Positions 1-8,582 of a stretch of DNA of 59,492 bases are shown piece after piece (the first letter of the stretch is position 1; each line of letters starts with the position of its first letter). Position numbers and translations under genes: made by a program. Origin of the DNA: Myxococcales bacterium (lineage in GTDB: Bacteria > Desulfobacterota > Binatia > HRBIN30); contig JBBILD010000021.1 in the NCBI GenBank assembly GCA_037445065.1, positions 1-59,492 on the forward strand, given 5' to 3'. The notes beneath the pieces were generated by a model, which made no database searches, had not been told where the DNA came from, and saw only the letters and a list, made by a program, of their open reading frames with translations.

Positions 1-355
1 CATTCACCAGGCGCGACATGAGGTCGCCAGTCGATCGCCGTTGGTAGTACGCCGGGGATAACTTCAGCAAATGCGCAAACAGATCGTTGCGTAAGTCATA
101 CTCCACATCGCGACCAACATTAAAAATCAGGGCCCGGGACAAGGTCCGGGTGGCCGCCTGTACGAGGGCGACGACGGCAATCAGCGCCGTGTACCAGCTA
201 ACCCGCGACCAAGCCTCCCCCGCCGCAACCGCGTCCACCGCGTGCTTGAGCAAATACGGAATTGCCATGGCGAGCGAAGCGGTGGCGAGAAGGAAGAGCG
301 CTCCCAGTGCGTAACGAGCCCGATAGCGCCGCAGGTATGCTAGCAACCGACGCAT
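1..355 (-). CDS. ABC exporter (fused TMD-NBD, MsbA/multidrug type), N-terminal part; runs off the window edge
   Basis: Not in the ORF track. Manual translation from ATG 355: MRRLLAYLRRYRARYALGALFLLATASLAMAIPYLLKHAVD...GRDVEYDLRNDLFAHLLKYPPAYYQRRSTGDLMSRLVN. TM helices plus the LR..LF.HL and TGDLMSR motifs are typical of ABC exporter TMDs. Confidence 0.85.
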   Translation of the reverse strand, partial: MRRLLAYLRRYRARYALGALFLLATASLAMAIPYLLKHAVDAVAAGEAWSRVSWYTALIAVVALVQAATRTLSRALIFNVGRDVEYDLRNDLFAHLLKLSPAYYQRRSTGDLMSRLVN

Positions 356-466
356 ACGTGCCCATGCTCCTACTCAACCGACCCTCAGGCAACTGGGGGC
401 GGAAACGCAAGCGGCCGCAGCCGATCAACTTCGGCTGCGGCCGCCTTGCCAATACGTTTCACGATC

Positions 467-2113
467 CTAATCGAGATGTCCGCGCCAGACCTCAATAGAA
501 CCAAAAAAGCCCCGTTCCGGCGGTTTCACTGCCTCCGCCGGGGCAGCCGCCGGCTTCGCTTCCGGCTTGCGACCGAACAGGCGAGCGAAGAAGCCCGGCT
601 TTTCCTCCTTCGGCTCGGCCTTTTTCGCCAGCATGCCGCTGCGGAAGGTGGGCGGCAGCACGTCACCGAAGGCGACGCCGATGTCGAGCACGCCGTCGCG
701 GTCAATGTCCGTGAGGCCGACTCCCCAGGTACGCTCGCGCCCGTCGTGGGGGAGACCAGCGTCGGCAGGCACCATCGTGAAGTTCCCTTTGCCGTCGCCC
801 AAGAACACGTACACGCCGTACACCCCGCCGATCTCTTGTACATTCGTCTTTCCCGCCACGACCAAGTCGTTACGCCCGTCGTTGTTCATGTCACCGATTC
901 CGATCCCGAGCGCGTTCATGGGGGGCAGACCATGACCGTTCGACACCGGCGAGCACAGCCCTGGCGAGCAGCGATCCGAACGGGTCTCGGGGCTACAAGC
1001 CTCGCCTACGTTTTTGTGGAGCTGGCAACGAGGAGAAGGCGGTTCCGGCTGCCCAGGCCGTGGCGGACCGGTGCTGCAGTCGTCGTCTTGGAGGCACGCC
1101 ACGCCACGGTTGCCTTCGACGCAAATCCCTTTGCAAACGTGGCTTGTGCACGTGCCCCCTGGGCAGTCACCGTCCACAAAGCAGAACTTACCGTCCATAC
1201 TGCCGCCCACACACTGGCGTGAGTCGGTCGCGATGTATCCCCCTCCTTCGGTTTGCAAGAACACCTGCGGCCCGCGTGAAACATCTGTGGACGCTACGTC
1301 CGGACGGCCGTCGTGGTTGATGTCTCCAACGGCAATGCCCCAGAACAAGCCGTGTACTTCCGGGGCCGGCATACCCGCCGATGCTTCCTTCCACCCACCA
1401 GCACCGTCGCCCAGCCAGACTCGCGGCCCGGCCGAGTACGCCGCGATCACGTCGAGGTTGCCGTCGCCATTCATGTCCGCCACTGTCACGGAGTTGCCCC
1501 ACTCGGTAAAGGCCAAGCCCTGAGAACTCTCCTTCCACACGCCTTTGCAGTTACCCAAGAACGCGCGCACGCCTTCCTCTGACGCCGCCACGGTCACCAA
1601 GTCCAGGCACCCGTCCTTGTTGAAGTCTCCCAACGCAACGTCCTCGCACCCGATCGTGGGGAGGCCAGCAGAAGCGGTGCGCCAGTTGCCCGCGCCATCG
1701 CCGAGAAAGACAAACACGCCCTTGCAATGGTCAGCGATGGCTACATCCACGAAACCGTCGCGGTTCACGTCGCCGAAATCCATGCCACCACCGCAGAACG
1801 CTTCTCGTGGCAAGCCGTTCGAGGCATCCGTCCAATTGCCCTTGCCATCACCTTTCCAGATGTACGGGCCATCGGCCAAGCGCGAGACCGCACCTAGGTC
1901 CGCGAACCCATCGTTATTGATGTCACCAAAGGCAATTTGGCTCTTCCAAATCTTGCCGCTCGGCAAGCCGTTGCGCGCAGGCGAATAGCGGGGGAACTTC
2001 GCCACACCTTCGAGCTTGGCTGGCGCACTCGGCTTGCGGCTCGGGCAACCAGCCAGTGCAGCCACCGACAGCAGCAACAAGCCCCAACTCACACTGTCCC
2101 TAATATTCCTCAT
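467..2113 (-). CDS. FG-GAP/VCBS repeat beta-propeller lipoprotein with an inserted Cys-rich domain
   Basis: Seven GD(I/V/F/M)NxDGxxD-like repeats, lipobox LAGC and a 12-Cys insert. Start placed at ATG 2113, downstream of GAGGAG/GAGG. Confidence 0.8.
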   Translation of the reverse strand: MRNIRDSVSWGLLLLSVAALAGCPSRKPSAPAKLEGVAKFPRYSPARNGLPSGKIWKSQIAFGDINNDGFADLGAVSRLADGPYIWKGDGKGNWTDASNGLPREAFCGGGMDFGDVNRDGFVDVAIADHCKGVFVFLGDGAGNWRTASAGLPTIGCEDVALGDFNKDGCLDLVTVAASEEGVRAFLGNCKGVWKESSQGLAFTEWGNSVTVADMNGDGNLDVIAAYSAGPRVWLGDGAGGWKEASAGMPAPEVHGLFWGIAVGDINHDGRPDVASTDVSRGPQVFLQTEGGGYIATDSRQCVGGSMDGKFCFVDGDCPGGTCTSHVCKGICVEGNRGVACLQDDDCSTGPPRPGQPEPPSPRCQLHKNVGEACSPETRSDRCSPGLCSPVSNGHGLPPMNALGIGIGDMNNDGRNDLVVAGKTNVQEIGGVYGVYVFLGDGKGNFTMVPADAGLPHDGRERTWGVGLTDIDRDGVLDIGVAFGDVLPPTFRSGMLAKKAEPKEEKPGFFARLFGRKPEAKPAAAPAEAVKPPERGFFGSIEVWRGHLD

Positions 2114-2505
2114 CGACCTCGTACTCCTCTTCCCCCAAATTTTGCCGCCCACCCTCTAGCGGCCTGCTTGACCACTCGCGGACTGCGACTGCGGTCGCAG
2201 CGCTCTACCAAAGGCACCTCAGGGGCGCAAGTAATCGGGAAGCCTCGTGGCGCGCCGTTCGCCGCAGCACGCTCGCTCGATCGGTAGAAGGCTCGACAAC
2301 CGCGTCAGGCCGGAACCGCGCCGAGTTTCGACACCCTTGCTCTAGTGACAGCAGGAGCAGCTTTCGCCTCGAGGAGCATCGCCTTTGCACAGCGCAAGCG
2401 GAGCTCCCTGATGAACCAACCGGCGTTCGAGCCCCGAGCGCGCCGAACAATCGCCCAGAGCGGCAAAACAGACCGTTTTCTGTCGTACACCGCCCGCTTT
2501 TCAGC

Positions 2506-2534
2506 TTGACAAGGATTAGGGGTTGCAGTATTCG
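2506..2534 (+). promoter_or_regulatory. Putative sigma70 promoter of paralog cluster 1
   Basis: TTGACA-N17-TATTCG about 135 nt upstream of ATG 2671; resembles the promoter at 53702-53731. Confidence 0.5.
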
Positions 2535-2670
2535 AGCGAAGCCCTAGCGGGTGTTTGGCAGCGCTTGAAGGTGTGCAGTCTAGACAGGTGAGGAACCGAG
2601 CCATCCGCGCATGGTTGGGTGGCCGAAAAGACAGTTGGAGGTGTTCCCCAGAAGGGAAAGGAGAAAGCGG

Positions 2671-3858
2671 ATGCGTATGAAGAAGCGGCTTTGGGGATTG
2701 GGGACCTTCGGGCTCTCCGCTCTCGGCGTGTGGATGCTCGCCGGCGTGGTTCGAGCCCAAGAAGTTCGGCAAGCAACCACGGACCTGCCCGGTTCCATCG
2801 TCATCTTTCCAAAGGTGATCTGGAACGGAAGCGACAGAGACACAATCATCCAGATCAGCAACACGACGAACAATCTCACATTCTTGCACTGTTTCTACGT
2901 CAACGGCGCGCCGCGGAATCCGAGCTTACCACCGTCGGCAAGCAATCCGCCGGTATGGACGGTGACGGATTTTGAACTCATTCTTACGCGCCAGCAACCG
3001 ACGATGTGGGTGGCAAGTGCCGGCCGCCGGGTTGATTTTGGCAACCCGTTTGGCAGCTACGGCTCTGGTTACGATCCGGGGCTGATCCCTCCACTCCCGG
3101 CCGGGTTTACCGGCGAACTCAAGTGCATGGAGGTGGACTCGTCGGGTTCGCCGCTTCCGGGGAACCGCATCAAAGGCGAGGCAACGCTGGTCGGCCCGGG
3201 TGGAGATCTGACCACCTACAACGCCCTCGCCCTGCCGGCCAATCCACAGCCCCCTGGTACAGAGCTGGAACTGACGCTCACCGACAACAATCCAGGTGGC
3301 GAATTTGCGGCCTGTCCCGACACGATCATTTTCAACCACTTCGCGCACGGCGCCGACCAGATCGCGCTGAGTTCAGGGACCTCGCTCGGCGCTCAAAACC
3401 TCTGCGACGGTCCCGGCGGTTGTCCCGTGACCACCGAGTTGACCATGGTGCCTTGTTCGCAGGACCTTGAAAACGGCCGGCCCGGTAGAGTCACGGTTGG
3501 TTTCTTAATCTTCGATGAGTTCGAAGCTCGCCTGAGCGCAACCACCACTGTTGATTGCTGGTTCAACTTGCCGTTGAACCAAATTGCACCGGCTGGCCCG
3601 ACCAACCCATTCACGCCCGCCGCGATGGGCGGCTCCACAACTCGCCACACCCGCATCCGCCCGGCCCCGGGCCAAGGTGGTGTGCTGGCAATCGCAGAGG
3701 AAATCCGCATTACAGACCTGGGGCGCCCGGCGGGGCCGCTTACAACTTCCGCTTATAACTTGTACGTCCAGGGCAACCGATTCGATGGCGCGACCCAGGG
3801 CGATAACGATACCCCGGTTTCGGGCGTGACGGACGTCATTGTGGTTCCGGCCGAGTAG
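2671..3858 (+). CDS. Secreted protein of unknown function, paralog family member A
   Basis: AAGGAG RBS and signal peptide (VRA/QE). Family motifs GSIVIFPK, DTIIQISN, TDF..LTRQQP, GELKC, CP..NHF, VPCSQD, FDEFE are shared with four other ORFs. Confidence 0.85.
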   Translation: MRMKKRLWGLGTFGLSALGVWMLAGVVRAQEVRQATTDLPGSIVIFPKVIWNGSDRDTIIQISNTTNNLTFLHCFYVNGAPRNPSLPPSASNPPVWTVTDFELILTRQQPTMWVASAGRRVDFGNPFGSYGSGYDPGLIPPLPAGFTGELKCMEVDSSGSPLPGNRIKGEATLVGPGGDLTTYNALALPANPQPPGTELELTLTDNNPGGEFAACPDTIIFNHFAHGADQIALSSGTSLGAQNLCDGPGGCPVTTELTMVPCSQDLENGRPGRVTVGFLIFDEFEARLSATTTVDCWFNLPLNQIAPAGPTNPFTPAAMGGSTTRHTRIRPAPGQGGVLAIAEEIRITDLGRPAGPLTTSAYNLYVQGNRFDGATQGDNDTPVSGVTDVIVVPAE

Positions 3859-3904
3859 TGGCGTCATGGAGGGCCTTTTGGTGGTGAGGAAAGGAGACGA
3901 AGTG

Positions 3905-5146
3905 ATGAGCAACATGACGAGCAAACGGGCGTGGTTGACGCTGTGCGCCGTAGCGGCTGGGACCGCGCTGTTCGCGTCTGCCTCGGCGCGCGCCACGATC
4001 GGTTCGGACAGCTCCGGCGCGATCCTAGTGTTCCCTAAGATCGTGGTGGACACCAGTGGGCAGCTATTCGGTTTTCCGACCGATACGGAGGTCCAGATCA
4101 CCAATACGTCGAACTCCGTGATCGCGGCGCGGTGTTACTGGGTCAATGCGACGTCGCACTGCAGCAATAACCCGACACAAGCTTGCCGCCCTGAGACGGT
4201 GCAGGAAAACTGCGCGACGGGTGCGCGCTGCGTGGAGGGTTGGACGGAAACCGACTTTCGCTTCACGCTGACCAAGCGGCAGCCCATCTCGTTCAACGCC
4301 GCGGATGGCTTGCCCACCTTCCCGCTTTCTCAGCAGCAGGGCCCGGGAGGGCAGTCGAACGGATCGTCTTCCATCCCCCCGGTTCCTGAGGACCCGTTCA
4401 TTGGCGAGCTGAAGTGCGTCCAAGTAGATCCGAACGACTTTCGGCCCGCGATTGGTTTTAACCCAGCGAACAATGCTGCAGGCGATCTCGCCGGGCACGC
4501 CACGATCGTGACAGCGCTCCAGGCGGGTAATGTCACCGAAATCGATGCTCGCAAGTACAACGCGGTGACACTCAAGTCTACCACGGTCAACGACAACGAC
4601 GACACCCTAATCCTAGGTGGGCCGAACGCCGAGTACGACGGGTGCCCGAACGTTTGGGTGCTGAATCACTTCTTCGATGGCGCGGCTGTAGATGTCTGGT
4701 TTCTCAGTGGGCAACCGAATTTGACCCTCCGTTTCGCCACCGACCTCACTGTCGTACCGTGCAGCGAGGATTTCTTGCTGCAGGAAAACAACCTCGGCGG
4801 TGCGGTTCTTCAGTTCCTGGTTTTCAACGAGTTCGAGCAGCGCTTCTCGACTTCCACTCGCTTCACGTGCTTCCGCGAAGTGCAACTGTCGGATCTCGAC
4901 ACGCGCCCTGGCCCAGGTGACGACGCCTTCTCGATCTTTAACGTCAACGTGCAGGGAACCCTCTCTGGCCAAACCCGAATTCGCTCCGTTACAAGCGGGG
5001 ACCGCGCGAATGGCATCATCGCGGTGGCGGAACGGTTCGTCACCAACGCAGAAGGGATCCGCCCGAGCAGTGCGGAGAACGTACACTTCACCGGCTTCCG
5101 CAGCGGACTCGAAGATCGGATTATCTTGAGTCCCGACACTCCGTAG
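3905..5146 (+). CDS. Secreted protein of unknown function, paralog family member B
   Basis: AAGGAG RBS, signal peptide (ARA/TI), the same family motifs and a 4-Cys insert. Confidence 0.85.
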   Translation: MSNMTSKRAWLTLCAVAAGTALFASASARATIGSDSSGAILVFPKIVVDTSGQLFGFPTDTEVQITNTSNSVIAARCYWVNATSHCSNNPTQACRPETVQENCATGARCVEGWTETDFRFTLTKRQPISFNAADGLPTFPLSQQQGPGGQSNGSSSIPPVPEDPFIGELKCVQVDPNDFRPAIGFNPANNAAGDLAGHATIVTALQAGNVTEIDARKYNAVTLKSTTVNDNDDTLILGGPNAEYDGCPNVWVLNHFFDGAAVDVWFLSGQPNLTLRFATDLTVVPCSEDFLLQENNLGGAVLQFLVFNEFEQRFSTSTRFTCFREVQLSDLDTRPGPGDDAFSIFNVNVQGTLSGQTRIRSVTSGDRANGIIAVAERFVTNAEGIRPSSAENVHFTGFRSGLEDRIILSPDTP

Positions 5147-5165
5147 TGAAGCCGAGTCCATCCGC

Positions 5166-5205
5166 GAAAAGGGCAGAGGCGCTTTCCCCTCTGCCCTTTT
5201 CTTTT
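5166..5205 (+). terminator. Intrinsic terminator (possibly bidirectional) between paralogs B and C
   Basis: AAAAGGGCAGAGG-loop-CCTCTGCCCTTTT followed by CTTTT. Confidence 0.8.
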
Positions 5206-5237
5206 GCGGCTAGAATCGAGAGGCACAAATCACCAGG

Positions 5238-6287
5238 ATGAATCGCATGCTCCATTGGTTCCTGAGGGTCTCGCTGACTACCGGATTCGCTGCCACGCTG
5301 GCCTTGTCCTTGCCCGTTCTCACACACGCAGAGGTCAGCACCAGCCAGCCCGGGGCCATCGTCATCTTCCCCAAAATTATGCAGGACAGCACCATCGACA
5401 CGGTGATTCAGCTCGCCAATGCCACCGGGAGTGCCATCCTTTTGCAATGCCTGTACGTAAACGGGGCCCCGGACCCGGTGTCTGGAGAACCTCTGTGGAC
5501 GATCACTGATTTTCAAATTCGCCTCACTCGCCAACAACCGATCCTATGGGTTGCGGGTGAGGGGCTCGCCGCCGCACCGAGCGACGGCCGTCCGCTCGAT
5601 TTGCACCCCGGGCCCATCCCGCCAATCGCCGAGGGTTTCAAGGGCGAGTTGCGCTGCGTCGTGATTGACGAGCAAGAAAGACCGGTTTCGCGCAACGCGC
5701 TGACCGGTTGGGCGACCCTAATCGAGCGCGCAACCGGCGCCACGCGCAAGTACGCCGCGGTCTCTCTACGCGGGCTGGCAGCCAACAATGGTGACCTTTC
5801 CTTGGCGCTCAACGACATCGAGTACAGTTCGTGCCCGCGGATCCTCCTCCTCGATCATTTTTACGAGGAGGCACCGGACCCGATCTTGGGCACCCCGATT
5901 CGTTCCTCCATCACCTTCGTGCCTTGCAGTGCCGATTTCGAGCGTGCCGTGCCCGGCCATTCGACCCTGTTGTTCGAGACGTTCAACGAGTTCGAGCAAC
6001 GCACTTCTGCGAGCCTGGAGGTCACTTGCTTTGCTGATGTACCGCTCTCGAACATCGACAGCGCCGCCAATCCGGAGCGGTCGATCTTTCATTACTCCGT
6101 GCAAGGAACGCTTACCGGCCAAACACGCATTCGGCCCGTTCCGGATCGTTCGATTCCCTTCGGCCGGGGTGTGGTGGCAGTCGCCGAAGAGTTCCGCAAC
6201 AACGGGGCCGCCGCCAGCGCGATGAACCTTCATTTCATTGGAGGTTCGTTGCAAAGTGACCTGATCGTTTTGCCACCGAGCTTTTAA
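5238..6287 (+). CDS. Secreted protein of unknown function, paralog family member C (minimal core)
   Basis: Signal peptide (THA/EV); motifs GAIVIFPK, GELRC, VPCSAD, FNEFEQR, QGTLTGQT. Confidence 0.85.
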   Translation: MNRMLHWFLRVSLTTGFAATLALSLPVLTHAEVSTSQPGAIVIFPKIMQDSTIDTVIQLANATGSAILLQCLYVNGAPDPVSGEPLWTITDFQIRLTRQQPILWVAGEGLAAAPSDGRPLDLHPGPIPPIAEGFKGELRCVVIDEQERPVSRNALTGWATLIERATGATRKYAAVSLRGLAANNGDLSLALNDIEYSSCPRILLLDHFYEEAPDPILGTPIRSSITFVPCSADFERAVPGHSTLLFETFNEFEQRTSASLEVTCFADVPLSNIDSAANPERSIFHYSVQGTLTGQTRIRPVPDRSIPFGRGVVAVAEEFRNNGAAASAMNLHFIGGSLQSDLIVLPPSF

Positions 6288-6356
6288 GGACCGGAGCGTC
6301 ACGCTTCTTCGCTTTTACCCGCGTGGCCTCGAGCAGCTTACCCCGGCAAGGCCAGC

Positions 6357-8582
6357 TCACGGCTGCACTGCAACCCGAGAAGCGGCGCCTGAGTCCGAGA
6401 GCCCAACTAGGGTCAGTTGTAACCTCGCCTCCGTTTCGGCCGGATTCGTGCGGTTGCTCACCGCCAAGTCCACAGACCAGCAGTCGCAACGCGACAACAG
6501 GCGAAGCCCAGCGTAGTTTTCTAGAAAGCGGCGGGCTGGGACGTTGTACCGAGTGGCGTACGTAACCCCGATCCAGTCTGTGAGGCGAAGGACCACGTTA
6601 CCGTCCACTTGCTGCAGCACGTTGTTCGCCAATAGGCGGTACGCCACACCAGCGCTGGTACGCGTTTGCAATCGCCTGCCGATCTCTACGTCTGGCTGAC
6701 GAGGATCTTCCACGAAAAGAGCGATTTGCGAGGAACTGAACTCGGCGGAGCCCGAGTCAAAGCTCCCCCACCAGCGGAACGACAAGAACCGGCTCGGCTG
6801 CACGCGGGTTATGACGTCCACATCCGAGAAATGCGACTCGGATTGGCGTGCGGCAAGCCGCGGGATCTGGCGAGAAAGGTCGTAACTCTGCAAAAGGGAG
6901 ATGCGGCCGAGTTCGCGAATCTCGCCCGCGGAACTTGCTTGGCCCTGCCCTTCCTCGGTTGCAAAGCGACCGAGCAGACGGCTGGTCACGCCAAAGCTCA
7001 ATACATTGCGCCGATTTACCCGATCGAAGGCCTCGAAAAAGGGCAAGTCCTGCTGGTCTGTGGAGGACACGTACGCGTACGAAGCAAGCGGCTCGATCGT
7101 GTGTTTCACCCGCTGCAAGCCCAGGTGCGGAAACGCATACACTCGCTGCAAGCTCGTACCCACCTCGGCTCGCAGGTCCACCTGTTGGCGTGTGCTGGTC
7201 TCGGCCAGGTCGGTGCCCCCAGCCAGCGCCGCCCGCTCGCGCAAAGCATAGACGCGCCCGAGCAAGCCCAGCGAAATCTCGCCGCGAAGGTAGCGCTGCG
7301 TGGGAGGGAAAAGTGTCAGCACCGGGTGCGCCAGCCAGCGGCTCCCGGTGGGACCCTGTCCCCTTTCGAACTCCGACCACTCAGCTCCCCACTCCAAAAG
7401 GGACCACCGCCAGATCGGTACTTGCCCGTTCGCAGCCAACCGGGGAGCCACCTGAACGGTACGCGATTCGATCCGGTCGGAGAGGTTCTGGTAATACTGC
7501 CCTTCCAGGCCAGCGAGGAATCGGTCGCCAACATACAGGCCTCCCAGCCGGGTGAGCGTATACGGCAACGTGCGGTACAGAATCGTGCGGCCCCTCTCGA
7601 ACGCGTAGGTGTTGATCTCGCGAAAAAACCGATCGTCGCTCACCAGCAGCGCATCGGAGTACAGGCGCACTCGCTCAGCCGGACGCTCGTGTTGTTCCGC
7701 GGCCAGGCTCCAGCGATCCTGCGGTGCACCGCCGGGCCCGGTGGAGCCACGAAACAGATCATTGAAATAACTTGCCGCCAGCGTACCGCCGGTGGTGCGG
7801 CTCGAGCGGTAGCGGTATTCAGCAATGCCGCCCAAACGAGCAGCAGTTTCTAAATCCAAACCAATTGTGGCTTCTCGCGTTGGACCCATCGCCCAATAAA
7901 ATGGGAGCACAGTTTGGAAGCCCCGCTCGTTCGAGAGACCGAAGCGCGGGAAGAGGAAGCCGCTTTGCCGTTCGCGTTCCACTGGCACGATGGCACGGGG
8001 GAGGTAAAGCACGGGCACGTCGAGCACGAGGAATCTGGCCCCTTTCGCGATCCCATACCCACCAACCGTGACATCCAACTCCTGGGCCGTGATGGTCCAG
8101 CTCTGGCGCCCCTTCTCGCACCGGCAGGTGGTGAAGCGACCATTCACGATTCGAAAGCTCTGGCCCTCGCGCTTTTCGATCCGGCTTCCCCACAGCGAAT
8201 ATTGCATGCGGCGGGAGAGTAACGCCGCACCAACGAGCGCACCCGTCTCTTCCTCCAAGTTCAACTCGACTGAATCGGCAAACAGCGTCCCTTCCGGGTC
8301 GTACACCTCGACTCCGCCGTGCGCCTCCACCATGGGCACGGCGCGGTGCAAAATGACTTCCTGGGCACGCACTTCGGTATCGCCATACCGGATCACCACG
8401 TTGCCACTGGCGATCACCACATCGCGATCTCGATCATAGGTGATCTCTGCTGCATCTACCTGTACGGGCAGCTTTTCCGTGCCCTCGATCTCAGCCGCAA
8501 CGCTCGCCGCTCCGATGCCGGTCAGAGCAAGGAGCACGAGACACAAGCAGACACAGCAACGAGGGTTCTCAATCAACGGCAC
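6357..8582 (-). CDS. lptD: LPS assembly protein LptD
   Basis: OstA-like N-terminus (ASGNVVI), FTTC, RQSGFLFP, KHTIEP, C-terminal CDCW barrel end; follows folC. Start uncertain. Confidence 0.85.
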   Translation of the reverse strand: MPLIENPRCCVCLCLVLLALTGIGAASVAAEIEGTEKLPVQVDAAEITYDRDRDVVIASGNVVIRYGDTEVRAQEVILHRAVPMVEAHGGVEVYDPEGTLFADSVELNLEEETGALVGAALLSRRMQYSLWGSRIEKREGQSFRIVNGRFTTCRCEKGRQSWTITAQELDVTVGGYGIAKGARFLVLDVPVLYLPRAIVPVERERQSGFLFPRFGLSNERGFQTVLPFYWAMGPTREATIGLDLETAARLGGIAEYRYRSSRTTGGTLAASYFNDLFRGSTGPGGAPQDRWSLAAEQHERPAERVRLYSDALLVSDDRFFREINTYAFERGRTILYRTLPYTLTRLGGLYVGDRFLAGLEGQYYQNLSDRIESRTVQVAPRLAANGQVPIWRWSLLEWGAEWSEFERGQGPTGSRWLAHPVLTLFPPTQRYLRGEISLGLLGRVYALRERAALAGGTDLAETSTRQQVDLRAEVGTSLQRVYAFPHLGLQRVKHTIEPLASYAYVSSTDQQDLPFFEAFDRVNRRNVLSFGVTSRLLGRFATEEGQGQASSAGEIRELGRISLLQSYDLSRQIPRLAARQSESHFSDVDVITRVQPSRFLSFRWWGSFDSGSAEFSSSQIALFVEDPRQPDVEIGRRLQTRTSAGVAYRLLANNVLQQVDGNVVLRLTDWIGVTYATRYNVPARRFLENYAGLRLLSRCDCWSVDLAVSNRTNPAETEARLQLTLVGLSDSGAASRVAVQP

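Noticed and set aside
2461..2485. GGCAAAAC... resembling the start of a c-di-GMP-I riboswitch
   Set aside because: It lacks the GNRA-loop stem and the following GCAAA element, and lies upstream of the predicted -35. At most a short palindrome.
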